A stretch of 56,042 nucleotides of DNA from a virus. Lineage: Duplodnaviria > Caudoviricetes. The stretch spans positions 1 through 56,042 of IMG/VR virus record IMGVR_UViG_3300033741_000064; one strand, written 5' to 3'. The position numbers and the translations under genes are program-made. Each line of letters begins with the position of its first letter. The first letter of the stretch is position 1. Below, in pieces: positions 45,021-54,163 of the stretch. The notes under the pieces are model-generated. The model worked only from the letters and a program-made list of their open reading frames with translations. It was not told the DNA's origin and did no database searches.

Positions 45021-45526
45021 GGCGCTATCCACTGGTTCTTCCGAATCTTCGGGAACGACACAACATCCATATCGAACATCCCCTGCTCAGCAATCGGCTT
45101 CGGCGGGGTAGCTCGTGGAGATGAGTTCGCAAGCAGCTCGCCCGTCCACATGATATGCACAACGTCGAGGCCGCGCTCTTCCAGCGGAGGGGTCAACATC
45201 GTGAACCGATGACATCCCTTGAAGTGGCCCTCAGAGCAGCAGATCGCAATCCGCTCACCGCTCTCCGCTCGCACCTTCAGATCGTCGAGCGCCTTCTCGT
45301 AGTCGACGTTCTCACCCTTGCCGCCGAGGTTCTTGCCACGCGACACATAATGGATCCCGACCTTGCGGAGCTCTATCTTCAGCGCGTTCTCGTTGAACTG
45401 TGGGTTATACCGCGACCACGGCACCGAACGCACATCAACCAGCACGCTGATGTCGGCCGCTGTCAGCAGCTCAATGAAGCTCTCCACTGGCTTGTTCGAG
45501 TGTCCAACCGTAAATATTTCAGTCAT
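45017..45526 (-). CDS. DUF488-family protein
   Basis: IFTVGHSN..LVDVRS.P.SR..PQFN..LGG..CCSEG....CHR. Confidence 0.88.
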   Translation of the reverse strand: MTEIFTVGHSNKPVESFIELLTAADISVLVDVRSVPWSRYNPQFNENALKIELRKVGIHYVSRGKNLGGKGENVDYEKALDDLKVRAESGERIAICCSEGHFKGCHRFTMLTPPLEERGLDVVHIMWTGELLANSSPRATPPKPIAEQGMFDMDVVSFPKIRKNQWIAP

Positions 45527-45585
45527 CTCTACCGTTCCTTTCTAGAGGTTTTACTTACTTATATCTTACCACAGTGATACGTCTT

Positions 45586-46026
45586 CTAGTCTTCTGGCCC
45601 GTTGTTCTTCTGCAGCCGACGCACGGTGCTCAGGTGACGCTTCCGCGCACGCTCCGCTGTCATGAAGCGGTTACGCCACCACGAAGCGAGCGACACCAAC
45701 TCTTCCTTCGTCGGATTCGCCGGCAGCTCGAGTGGCTCCAGATCAATCGGGGATGTCTCCGCCGCGAGATCCAACGTCACAGGCGCAGGGGCCAGATATG
45801 GCACTTGGATCTTGTCTGTGAGCGTCACTGTCGGCAGCGAGGCAACCACAGGTGTTGAGGGAATCCGTAGCTCTGACAGCGCCTTAGAGAGACGGACTTC
45901 ATAGCGCCAGTTCACGAACCGGACGCCGGCAAAGAAACCAGTGAACAGGAACACCAACACGAACACGATCACGCTCACGATCACGCCACTGGGGGTTACG
46001 GCTGCTGCCGCCAGATTGTCGATCAC
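45586..46026 (-). CDS. Single-TM membrane protein
   Basis: N-terminal hydrophobic helix. Confidence 0.65.
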   Translation of the reverse strand: MIDNLAAAAVTPSGVIVSVIVFVLVFLFTGFFAGVRFVNWRYEVRLSKALSELRIPSTPVVASLPTVTLTDKIQVPYLAPAPVTLDLAAETSPIDLEPLELPANPTKEELVSLASWWRNRFMTAERARKRHLSTVRRLQKNNGPED

Positions 46027-46292
46027 AACTGGCCTCCCTTAGCTCTCTCCATGAGGTTGAGCACATGCCGCACGCCCTCATCTGCGTTGATACTCTCCAG
46101 CTCTTCTATCGTGCCGGGCCGCAACGCAAAGTCGCCGTCGATGAGAGTGAAGAGCGCGATGCCGCCACAGTTGAAACAGATCGAGACAGCGCCCTCATCT
46201 GGCAACTCGTTATCGTCCGTCACGCTCGTTGAGCCCACAAGCTGCTCGTTACAGCTCAAGCAAAACACGTTGTTCAAGTCGGTGCTGTTCAT
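46023..46292 (-). CDS. Zn-ribbon protein
   Basis: CLSC..CFNC. Confidence 0.65.
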   Translation of the reverse strand: MNSTDLNNVFCLSCNEQLVGSTSVTDDNELPDEGAVSICFNCGGIALFTLIDGDFALRPGTIEELESINADEGVRHVLNLMERAKGGQL

Positions 46293-46756
46293 GGCCAAAC
46301 TCCATTCTCGAGGTACTGGATCGCTCTCAGGTACTTTTCCTTAAGTCGCTCCTGCACGCTGGGCAAAAGCAGCTTCAAGCGTTCCGGGTCGAGGTTGTCA
46401 GCGATGTCCGCGATCTTCACCTGCATCGCATCCGGGTTCTTGCGAATCGCACCGTAATACCCGTCGAGCGACTGGCCTGGCTTCTTCGTTACCAGCTTTA
46501 CCGCGTCCACGGTGCGCTGCGAGAAACCAAGATCGAGCAGGTCTTCTGCTGTAGCTGGAGTGTCCTCAACCACGTCGTGCAAGTAGCCGGCCGCGACAAC
46601 CGCATCGTCCATGCCCAGCTTCCGCAACGAACGCGCCACACGAGCCGGGTGATAGAAATACGGCTGACCTGCCTTATCAATCTGACCGCGATGCACGAAG
46701 TTCGCAAAGCCAGCGGCCACAGCCACTACCGAGATCTCGTTTATCTCTTCATCCAT
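46289..46756 (-). CDS. HD-domain small alarmone hydrolase (SAH/Mesh1-like)
   Basis: A...HRGQ.DKAG.PY..HP..V; AAGYLHDVVEDT; VKIADIADN; start MDEEIN. Confidence 0.9.
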   Translation of the reverse strand: MDEEINEISVVAVAAGFANFVHRGQIDKAGQPYFYHPARVARSLRKLGMDDAVVAAGYLHDVVEDTPATAEDLLDLGFSQRTVDAVKLVTKKPGQSLDGYYGAIRKNPDAMQVKIADIADNLDPERLKLLLPSVQERLKEKYLRAIQYLENGVWP

Positions 46757-46773
46757 GATGTACCTGCCTTCTC

Positions 46774-46989
46774 TCAGCACTTGCCGAGTTCGATTAGTTC
46801 CTGATAGCAGCGTGGGCAGAGATCCCGCCGAACGCCATTGAAATACTTGATACGCCACCCCAGCTTCCGCGCTTCCTTGCGGGAGAGCTGGGATCTGTTG
46901 CTCGTTCCCTCGAAACCCAAGCAGCCTGGCACCTGAACGCCGAAGTCGCTCGAGTCGCACAACACTGACCAAGTGGCGCGCATCGTCAT
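46774..46989 (-). CDS. Zn-ribbon protein
   Basis: CD..PGC..AR..GW..DLCPRC. Confidence 0.7.
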   Translation of the reverse strand: MTMRATWSVLCDSSDFGVQVPGCLGFEGTSNRSQLSRKEARKLGWRIKYFNGVRRDLCPRCYQELIELGKC

Positions 46990-47249
46990 GGTAGATGGAT
47001 TCCGATAATCGAAAGCGGTGTGTAACCGATCGTCACGCTAATCGAGATGTCTTGGTAGCCGCCGTCTGCCAGCAAGCCGGTAATGTACTCCGTCGCTTGC
47101 GGCAAGGTGCGGAAAGTGTCTTCGTTCCACGCGCCAACGCTGGGCTCCTTGTAGATCTCGGGGAGCGAGTGAACCGTATAACGAATGGAACGAATGGTTG
47201 TCGTGGTTGGCGTGACAACTGGAGTTGCTAGAACTGTCTTGTCGGGCAT
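46986..47249 (-). CDS. Hypothetical protein
   Basis: GAAAGG RBS; ATGA overlap. Confidence 0.65.
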   Translation of the reverse strand: MPDKTVLATPVVTPTTTTIRSIRYTVHSLPEIYKEPSVGAWNEDTFRTLPQATEYITGLLADGGYQDISISVTIGYTPLSIIGIHLP

Positions 47250-47279
47250 CTGAGAGCCTTTCTCTGTGAAGCGGTAAAG

Positions 47280-47317
47280 AGTGAAGGGGAGCCGGGCGAA
47301 CGGTGCCCGACTCCCCA
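47280..47317 (-). terminator. Terminator after surface-protein gene
   Basis: GGGGAGCCGGGC/GCCCGACTCCCC hairpin plus TTCACTCTTT. Confidence 0.75.
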
Positions 47318-47324
47318 GCTTTGG

Positions 47325-48905
47325 TTACTGCTTAGCGATTACCTTGCGAGCAACCAGCAGTGCCGAACCGATTGCCAGCATAATCGCTGCCGCAATTCCG
47401 AACGGTGTGAGATCCATGCCGGTGTAAGGGAGCACGTCTGCCTTAGCAATCGGCGCTCGATCCACTACTGGAGTGACCGGCTCTTCAGGCTCTTCAGGAA
47501 CAACGACCGGGCAAGCCTCGTCGGTGAACTCGATAGTCTGCACCAGCTCGAAGTCGCCTGAGAAGACGAAGCCGTCTACGGCAACTGCCGTGAGAACGAC
47601 GGTGCCTTCGCCAGCATAGGTGCCGGCATCAACAGTCTCGCCGTCAATCTGCCAGACGTACCCATCAGTTTCAGGAACGGTGTAGGTGTCATCTTCGACC
47701 CCGCACTTGTCCACCGATTCGATGACTGCGATCTCGTTGATCTCAGTGGGGCAGACATTCTCAGCCTGTTCCTCTTCGGTCAGATCTCGTTCGCGAGTCT
47801 TCTCCTTGACGACGGCGTTCTCAGTGTCGAGCACCCACTCGCCCTCAACCAAGATGTACGGCGTCTTGGTTACGGTACGAGTTTGAGCAACCGTAGTTGC
47901 ATCGCAGTCGTAAGTTCCGTCGACCCAAGGGGTTCGCACAACGTTGATCGGCGGCTGTGAACCGTAGCCCCACGTATCCGAGAAGCAATCACTGGACACG
48001 CTCTTCAGGAGAACTGAAACGTCGGCGTTAGAGCCTGAGTCGGTTCCGAGGAAGAAGAATCGCAGTGTGTTGTTCGGGTAATACGCCGCCCACTCGTCGA
48101 GAGTCTGAGCGACCCGCGATCCGTTCGTCAGCTTGCCGCTCGCGATAGCCGAGCCGTCTACTGGCCCTTCACTCACGACCGTCATGCTGTTATAGCTCGA
48201 GCCACCGTCAGCGCTGGAGTCGATCACGATTCGAGGGTAGAACTTGCTGAGGCTATACGCATCAGCTTCCACGTCGTAACTGATCGTCGGGAGCCCTTGC
48301 AGGTTCCCTCCAATTCCGATACCGACTCCCATCGCGTCGTTGACTCCACCAACAAACAGAAGCCCGTTCTCGTTCTCTGTGGGAGCAGTGTCGTCGCCCT
48401 CAGTGAACCAGTCACCCCAAGTAACGATGCACTCTTTAGGGCCAACCGGAACGGGGTCGCACTCCACGGCTTCGTGCTCGATGTAGCTGTCGGGCACCTC
48501 GATAACCGCTTCAGTCACGAGGACTTCTTCAGTGATCTCAGGAGTTGCTTCGAGGTAGAACCATGAGCCACGACCTTCGTTGCCCTCGCCCTGCCGATAA
48601 GCGCCTTCGACTCCGATCTTGTGCGGGTCGCCAGCTACGTTGGCTTGCCACTCAGCGCCGGGGAATGCAGGAGCTTCTACGCTCTGCCCACCCGTCCACG
48701 AGTAGCGCTGCCAACCGGCCTCTGTCACAACGACGGTTTCATAAACAGCGTCCGCGCCGGGAGTGCCGGTAACGGTTTCTGTCCATGCGTCCGAAGGGAC
48801 ACAGGGCTCCGGGGTGCTGGTGGTCGCTGTAGCGGCACCCGCTCCGGATAGTGCCAGCCCTACGGCCAGCAGAGCGGTCGTACAGACCGCAATGAATTTC
48901 TTCAC
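47325..48905 (-). CDS. Secreted, sortase-anchored (LPYTG) cell-surface protein
   Basis: Signal peptide MKKFIAVCTTALLAVGLALSGAGAATA; C-terminal LPYTG + TM + RK tail; GTG after GGAGG. Confidence 0.88.
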   Translation of the reverse strand: MKKFIAVCTTALLAVGLALSGAGAATATTSTPEPCVPSDAWTETVTGTPGADAVYETVVVTEAGWQRYSWTGGQSVEAPAFPGAEWQANVAGDPHKIGVEGAYRQGEGNEGRGSWFYLEATPEITEEVLVTEAVIEVPDSYIEHEAVECDPVPVGPKECIVTWGDWFTEGDDTAPTENENGLLFVGGVNDAMGVGIGIGGNLQGLPTISYDVEADAYSLSKFYPRIVIDSSADGGSSYNSMTVVSEGPVDGSAIASGKLTNGSRVAQTLDEWAAYYPNNTLRFFFLGTDSGSNADVSVLLKSVSSDCFSDTWGYGSQPPINVVRTPWVDGTYDCDATTVAQTRTVTKTPYILVEGEWVLDTENAVVKEKTRERDLTEEEQAENVCPTEINEIAVIESVDKCGVEDDTYTVPETDGYVWQIDGETVDAGTYAGEGTVVLTAVAVDGFVFSGDFELVQTIEFTDEACPVVVPEEPEEPVTPVVDRAPIAKADVLPYTGMDLTPFGIAAAIMLAIGSALLVARKVIAKQ

Positions 48906-48960
48906 ACTTTCCTCCTTCTTACCTCTCCGGGCGCCGGGTGACGCTCGCGGAATACCATCG

Positions 48961-49170
48961 CTACTTGCGACGGAAAATATAGACAACTGCGCCGCTGCCG
49001 GCGAGTCCATAGCCGACGAAAGCCAGCCCGTTTACTTCGACCGTGCCGCTGACTGAGTAAGCGAACAGGATGCCGATACCGACCAGCATCGCGACGAAAC
49101 CAGCAACCGCGTCGAGCCGGATGTGAATTGTCTCCGGCTCGGCGGTGAGTGGCTCGAGCTTGCGGCCCAT
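48961..49170 (-). CDS. Small 2-TM membrane protein
   Basis: Two hydrophobic helices and an RRK tail. Confidence 0.65.
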   Translation of the reverse strand: MGRKLEPLTAEPETIHIRLDAVAGFVAMLVGIGILFAYSVSGTVEVNGLAFVGYGLAGSGAVVYIFRRK

Positions 49171-49847
49171 TAGGAGATGTCCGTCTTCGTCACTTGCGCG
49201 ATAACGGAGATGCTCTCGTCGGCCGCGACCGCTGCGATCGTGTAGTCGCCGGCTTCCGCTTCGTCAGCGAGAGCTAGGAGTTCGACCCGCCGATACTCTT
49301 CGCCCCAAAGCTCTTGGCTCTCGTCGTTCATTCTGACTAGGAGCAACATCTCTGAAACTGCGTGAGAAACTGCAACCGACAACGGATCTCCGAGGATCCT
49401 GGCTCGCCGGTGAGCGTCCTCTAAGGCGCGCTCTCGACGGGCAGGGGTATCAAGTTGCAGAAGCTGATTCGCGACCAGTGAGTGAGTGGTGATGCCCGTT
49501 CCGCCCGTCTCTACGTCTGCTTCGAGTCGGTGCGTCTCGAGCTTCTGTTCGGGCGAGTTGAACTCGGCCGCGAACTGCTGGAGTATCGGATCGTCGTGCA
49601 TCTCGCGAGCTAAACGATGACCGTTCATTACGAGCTTCAAGTTCTGCGAGCGCTCTTCGTAAACAACGCTGTAACCCTCGTGCTTGATCGCGTGATCCAT
49701 CGAGTAACCGACGTAACGGTGGAACAGCGCAAGAACCGCGCCCTCAACCGAGATCGGCTGGCCTTCGCGGTCGAGCGGGTTCTCCCCGACTCGACCGATC
49801 TCTTCACCGTCGCGGTAGATGATCGCTGACTTCACTTCGTTGCTCAT
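49170..49847 (-). CDS. Hypothetical two-domain protein
   Basis: C-domain paralogous to 2484-2747. Confidence 0.7.
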   Translation of the reverse strand: MSNEVKSAIIYRDGEEIGRVGENPLDREGQPISVEGAVLALFHRYVGYSMDHAIKHEGYSVVYEERSQNLKLVMNGHRLAREMHDDPILQQFAAEFNSPEQKLETHRLEADVETGGTGITTHSLVANQLLQLDTPARRERALEDAHRRARILGDPLSVAVSHAVSEMLLLVRMNDESQELWGEEYRRVELLALADEAEAGDYTIAAVAADESISVIAQVTKTDIS

Positions 49848-50080
49848 GAGCGGCGCCCCAATACGATCGAGTCGCGAACGTAGCTCTTGGTCTGGCCGAC
49901 ATTCGCCGCCAACTGGTACAGCTCATTGAGCTGACCGTCTGAATCCATCTCAGCGACTTGCTGAGCGAAATCTACCGGGGCAAGCCCTTCGATGATTGCT
50001 TGAACCGTCGAAGCAACTTTCGCTTCCACGTCTAGCACCGTCTGAGACTTCGTGCTTGCCTCTGCGATTAGTGCCCTCAT
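49844..50080 (-). CDS. Hypothetical early protein
   Basis: First gene after promoter 50122-50175. Confidence 0.7.
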   Translation of the reverse strand: MRALIAEASTKSQTVLDVEAKVASTVQAIIEGLAPVDFAQQVAEMDSDGQLNELYQLAANVGQTKSYVRDSIVLGRRS

Positions 50081-50121
50081 GAGCCGTTCCTCTCATCCGA
50101 CTAAACCGTGTTGTTTAGGTC

Positions 50122-50175
50122 GTATTACTACAGTAACACGAGAGAGTTTCTGGCCGCAAGATATAGGGCTATATT
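50122..50175 (-). promoter_or_regulatory. Early promoter with operator and upstream palindrome
   Basis: TTGCGG-N18-TACTGT; GTATTACTACAGTAACAC; ATATAGGGCTATAT. Confidence 0.78.
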
Positions 50176-50178
50176 TTC

Positions 50179-50712
50179 TTACTGAGTTCGCCGCACGATC
50201 GTCATCGAGTTCACCGGGGAGAAGTGGTCGATGTCAATCATCCCGTCGAATGGATCCCGGTACACGCGCGCCGCAATCGCCGCGAGGATCACCGCGTCAG
50301 CCTCATCGTGCGTGTTCATCACCGTCTCAGGCCAACGCCGGAGAGCCGCCGCCCACACGAGATCTTTCTTCGCTTCCGGGCCACCGCCCTTGCCAGTCAC
50401 GTACTTCATCCGGATCGCCGGCGCAATCACGACGTAGGGGATGTAGTTCTCCCAGAGCCGCTGCCGCACCTGAAAGTGAAACCCAGCAATGTCGAGGATC
50501 GAGCGACCCTTCGCCGCATACGCCAATCCTTCGATGCCAACGAGATCGTGACCCTGTGCCGCAAGCTGAATCGAGTCGAGCAGATACGCCGTCCGCTCAT
50601 GCCCTTTCTTGGTCGTCTTTAGGGCTCGAGTGCGAATCACGCCGGAACAAGCCGACGCAATCCCTGTGCATCCGAGCCCTAAATCCAAGCCCATAATGTT
50701 GCTATCAAGCAT
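50179..50712 (-). CDS. ruvC: RuvC-like Holliday junction resolvase
   Basis: MGLDLGLGCTG..VGIEG..KYVTGKG...K..DEADAV. Confidence 0.88.
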   Translation of the reverse strand: MLDSNIMGLDLGLGCTGIASACSGVIRTRALKTTKKGHERTAYLLDSIQLAAQGHDLVGIEGLAYAAKGRSILDIAGFHFQVRQRLWENYIPYVVIAPAIRMKYVTGKGGGPEAKKDLVWAAALRRWPETVMNTHDEADAVILAAIAARVYRDPFDGMIDIDHFSPVNSMTIVRRTQ

Positions 50713-51214
50713 CTTCCGAAGCGGGTTCTTCCTTCTCGGGTGTCGAGCCTGGCTCCAGCTCGTCCTTCCACTCAACGCTGTTCGACGCTTCGATCTCGCC
50801 GGGAGCTTCATCGACAACTTCCGCGTCCACGATGTCTTCCTTCTTCGCCTTCGCTTCGATGCCCGGCTGCTGGTAGATGTCAGGCTCCTTGCGCGTGCGC
50901 TTCGTCTTGCTCTTACGTGCGAACTGGGCGCGCATATCGAGGTCGTCGTCGATACCGAGATCCAACCGTGTCTGCCCGGTGCGCTGCTCGAAAGTCGTCT
51001 CCAGTAGCTCCGCGATCATCACCTGTTGGTTCTCCGGCACTGCCTCAAGCCGCAAGATCTCGAACGTGACCTCTTCGTTCGGGTAACGCTTGACCTCGGC
51101 CGCGTCGACGACGGCAATCACGAGATGCTTGCCGCTTGGATTGCGCCGAGCTTCCTTCTCGATCGCAGTCAGCCCGTTCGCTTCTTCCTTCGGGAGTGAT
51201 GCCTTCATCTTCAT
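50705..51214 (-). CDS. Hypothetical actinophage protein
   Basis: LPKEEANGL..LVIAVVD; GAGGT RBS. Confidence 0.7.
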   Translation of the reverse strand: MKMKASLPKEEANGLTAIEKEARRNPSGKHLVIAVVDAAEVKRYPNEEVTFEILRLEAVPENQQVMIAELLETTFEQRTGQTRLDLGIDDDLDMRAQFARKSKTKRTRKEPDIYQQPGIEAKAKKEDIVDAEVVDEAPGEIEASNSVEWKDELEPGSTPEKEEPASEDA

Positions 51215-51257
51215 TCTCTTACCTCTTTCGTTCAATCGCTCGCGCGGTGCGAGAGTC

Positions 51258-51677
51258 TCAGGCCGCGACTAACTCGCGGGATCCATCTTCGGTGAGCAAC
51301 CACTGTCGCCCGTCAAAACCCGTCACTGGGGTAGATAACAGCATAGCCAGCGGTGCGTTCAAACTCAGCGAGTAACCGTTATCTCTAGCTTCTTCACGGT
51401 GCGACTCAATATGACCGTGGCAGCCAGTAGTGCCGGAACCGCACAGCAGAACGCCGTTCACTGGATTCCCCAGCATGAGCGCTCTGGCGCCTTTAGTGCC
51501 GCCCATGCCGCGCGGGATGCGGTGCTGGAGGGAGTAGTCAGAAACTACGTTCTCCAGCAGCACTCGATCTCTGGCGGTGTCGAACTGGAACAAGATGAGG
51601 CCGCAACGCTGGCAGTACCCTCTATCGCGCACAATGATCTGCGACCGCACCATCAGCGAGAAACTACCGTCAGCCAT
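51258..51677 (-). CDS. HNH endonuclease
   Basis: RD..CQRCG..QHR.PRGMGG..N..LLCGSGTTGCHG.IE. Confidence 0.85.
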   Translation of the reverse strand: MADGSFSLMVRSQIIVRDRGYCQRCGLILFQFDTARDRVLLENVVSDYSLQHRIPRGMGGTKGARALMLGNPVNGVLLCGSGTTGCHGHIESHREEARDNGYSLSLNAPLAMLLSTPVTGFDGRQWLLTEDGSRELVAA

Positions 51678-51999
51678 TAGCGAGGCGCTCCCGGTTCTCG
51701 CGGGAATCGTTGGCAGCTCGAGCGAGATCTGTCGGCATGAAGTCGCCAGCCCCGCCGTCGAGATCTCCCAGCAGCAGCCCTGCATTGGTGTCGCGACACA
51801 GCAGCATATACGTCACGTTATCGGGGAGCTGGAGGATCGTCGCGATCCGCCACCGATTGCCCGTCGCTGTGGGATGAGTGCCGTCTCCCGGCGTGTTCTC
51901 GTCGATGTCCTGAATCACGGCCGCGATGACTTGCTCCGATGTCGCCAACACCTTCTGCGGAGCGTACTTCTCGAGCCCGGTTCTCTTCGGCTTCACCAT
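51670..51999 (-). CDS. Hypothetical protein
   Basis: Operon ORF. Confidence 0.65.
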   Translation of the reverse strand: MVKPKRTGLEKYAPQKVLATSEQVIAAVIQDIDENTPGDGTHPTATGNRWRIATILQLPDNVTYMLLCRDTNAGLLLGDLDGGAGDFMPTDLARAANDSRENRERLANG

Positions 52000-52757
52000 T
52001 AGTACACTCTTCCTTCGATTACGGGAGCCGACTCTTCTGGCTCATCTTCTGACTCCGGCTCTGGATCGAAATAAGCCTCGACCATCTTGCGGAGTTCGCC
52101 GGCATTCGGATAATTGCCACTCAAGCCGAGCGCGTGCATCTTCGCGATCTCTTCATCACTCGCGCCTAGATCTCGTGCAAGGTTAGCCGCGCCATGAGCG
52201 TTTTCTTCTCGCGTCACATACGGGAGCCCTGAGAGCCCTCCAGACGGGTCAGGATCGTGAGCAGGTGTTACGGGAGGCGGAGCCGGTGACGCTGGCTCAG
52301 CGCCCAACTGTGCGTCTGGGGGAGTGGAGTCTTCCGGCTGTCGGTCGCGGTAGTCAGACGCGCGGCCACCGGGAGGCGACCAGCGCGGCTGAGATCCACT
52401 GGCCTCACTCGCCATGCGGTTCTCTTCACGTTCGTTCACGACGTTCGTGCGCAGATTGTCCGCATAGGCGCGATCCCACTCGAGCTTCTTCTTCAGCCCT
52501 TCCACCACAGCGTTCTTCACCATCCTGTCGGTCGCGAGCAGTTCAACATCTGGATTCGAGTCTGCAATGGCTTTCGCGAAATCGGCGCCGAGCTTGCTGT
52601 CGGCTTGCTTCGCCCGAATCAGCTCCTTCGACCACGACGCTTTGTGCTTCGCGTCCGCGACTGCAGCAGACGAGAGCGCCGTCCGGTATGCGGACGTGTC
52701 CTCACGCCACTCGAGAACGTGCGCGTTATAGTCGCCCATCGACTGCGGATCAATCAT
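51999..52757 (-). CDS. Helical/coiled-coil protein with Pro-rich linker
   Basis: Operon ORF downstream of recT. Confidence 0.65.
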   Translation of the reverse strand: MIDPQSMGDYNAHVLEWREDTSAYRTALSSAAVADAKHKASWSKELIRAKQADSKLGADFAKAIADSNPDVELLATDRMVKNAVVEGLKKKLEWDRAYADNLRTNVVNEREENRMASEASGSQPRWSPPGGRASDYRDRQPEDSTPPDAQLGAEPASPAPPPVTPAHDPDPSGGLSGLPYVTREENAHGAANLARDLGASDEEIAKMHALGLSGNYPNAGELRKMVEAYFDPEPESEDEPEESAPVIEGRVY

Positions 52758-53271
52758 TATACGGAACCTCCAGCGCCTCGCGGATACCGACAACCGACTT
52801 GCGGAGCACCTGCTGGTAAGCGCCGCCGATCTCGGCGTTAGGAGTACTCAACTCCGACTCCAACTGCTTCGTGAGCAGCAGTGCCCTGTTAATCACCGCG
52901 CTCGACTCCATCGCTTCCTCAACGTCGAAATCGAACGGCCAGTGCGAGGTCGAATAGGCCGGCTCACCGAGATCCATCGACTGATTGCCTGTCTCGAAAT
53001 TGTGGTGATCAGTCGTCGACGGCCACTCCGCCATAATCAGATCGCCCTCCATGACCAGCGCCGTCGTGAAGCCGCTCTCGTCATGATCCCGATAGCCGCG
53101 CAGAACGTCCGAATCGTGATCCATCGCCACCCACGCGCTGAGCACGGCCCCTGCTTGAGCTGGGTTCAACAGATACCCGTCGTCATACGGGTTATCTTCC
53201 GGCACGACACAGATGAACTCTGTCGGCTTACCGTTCGTGGTGCCCTGTAGATCAATAACGATGTGAGTCAC
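52750..53271 (-). CDS. Hypothetical protein
   Basis: GTGA overlap with recT. Confidence 0.65.
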   Translation of the reverse strand: MTHIVIDLQGTTNGKPTEFICVVPEDNPYDDGYLLNPAQAGAVLSAWVAMDHDSDVLRGYRDHDESGFTTALVMEGDLIMAEWPSTTDHHNFETGNQSMDLGEPAYSTSHWPFDFDVEEAMESSAVINRALLLTKQLESELSTPNAEIGGAYQQVLRKSVVGIREALEVPYND

Positions 53272-54152
53272 TTCTCTTCACTCTCCTTCTCATCGTCCGG
53301 CTGCGCGACTTTCTCGTCACCGGGGAACTCTTTATCGAACGGCAAAACTGCCTCGATCTCGTTGTCTTCGCTCGTCTTCAACACGCGGCCGTCGAGCGCC
53401 AAAACTCGCTGCATCTCGATCGACTTCGGCATCAACTTCTGGTGCTCCCGAATAATCGTCTTGTCACACATGCTCTCAAAGCTCGACTGGCTCAAACTCC
53501 ACGGAGTCTTAGGCGTGTACGCTGCCTTCCCGCCTCGGCCTGGCTGCTCCTTTGTGTAGTCCGGGCGCCGGGCCTGAATCTCGCTAATGTGCATGTACGT
53601 CTCCGTCACACCGCCACCAGCAAGCTTCGACCGGATAATGCCGCCGACGTAACGCTTCTCGATGTCGATAGGGAGCTGTGGCTTCCATGTGAGCGACTTG
53701 CCGCGTTCCGTGGTGTAGGAGTAGTCGAACTCATCACCCTCGCGGATACGGACACTCTGGAAGTCCAACACTTTCGAGTGCCGGTAAGACAGGTCGATGT
53801 AACCCTGATAACCGATCATCGGCACGCACACCTGAACCTTCTCGTAGCCGCCGTTACCGTTCGGCATACTCACCTTCCGGGGAGTGAGATGGAACTGGTT
53901 CATGCCGTTACCGATCTCGAGCCGGAGCTGAGCTGCCCAAAGCACGCCGGCCATGAGCGATTCTTCCGTCACGTTCTGGAGCTCCGGGTTCGCCGTGATC
54001 GTCGTGAACACTCCGCGAATGAAGTGCTCAACATCCATCGAATCACCGAGCGCACGCTTGAACTCTTCGCTGTGCATGTTGATCGCATCGCGTACCGTGC
54101 GACGTTCCGTTGAAACCGATCCTGCCGCTCTCGCGACTAACTGTGAAGTCAT
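53268..54152 (-). CDS. recT: RecT-like single-strand annealing protein
   Basis: NPELQ....SL...AAQL.L..IGYQGYIDL..R; PW...FESMC.KT. Confidence 0.92.
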   Translation of the reverse strand: MTSQLVARAAGSVSTERRTVRDAINMHSEEFKRALGDSMDVEHFIRGVFTTITANPELQNVTEESLMAGVLWAAQLRLEIGNGMNQFHLTPRKVSMPNGNGGYEKVQVCVPMIGYQGYIDLSYRHSKVLDFQSVRIREGDEFDYSYTTERGKSLTWKPQLPIDIEKRYVGGIIRSKLAGGGVTETYMHISEIQARRPDYTKEQPGRGGKAAYTPKTPWSLSQSSFESMCDKTIIREHQKLMPKSIEMQRVLALDGRVLKTSEDNEIEAVLPFDKEFPGDEKVAQPDDEKESEEK

Positions 54153-54163
54153 CTCGTTCCCTC

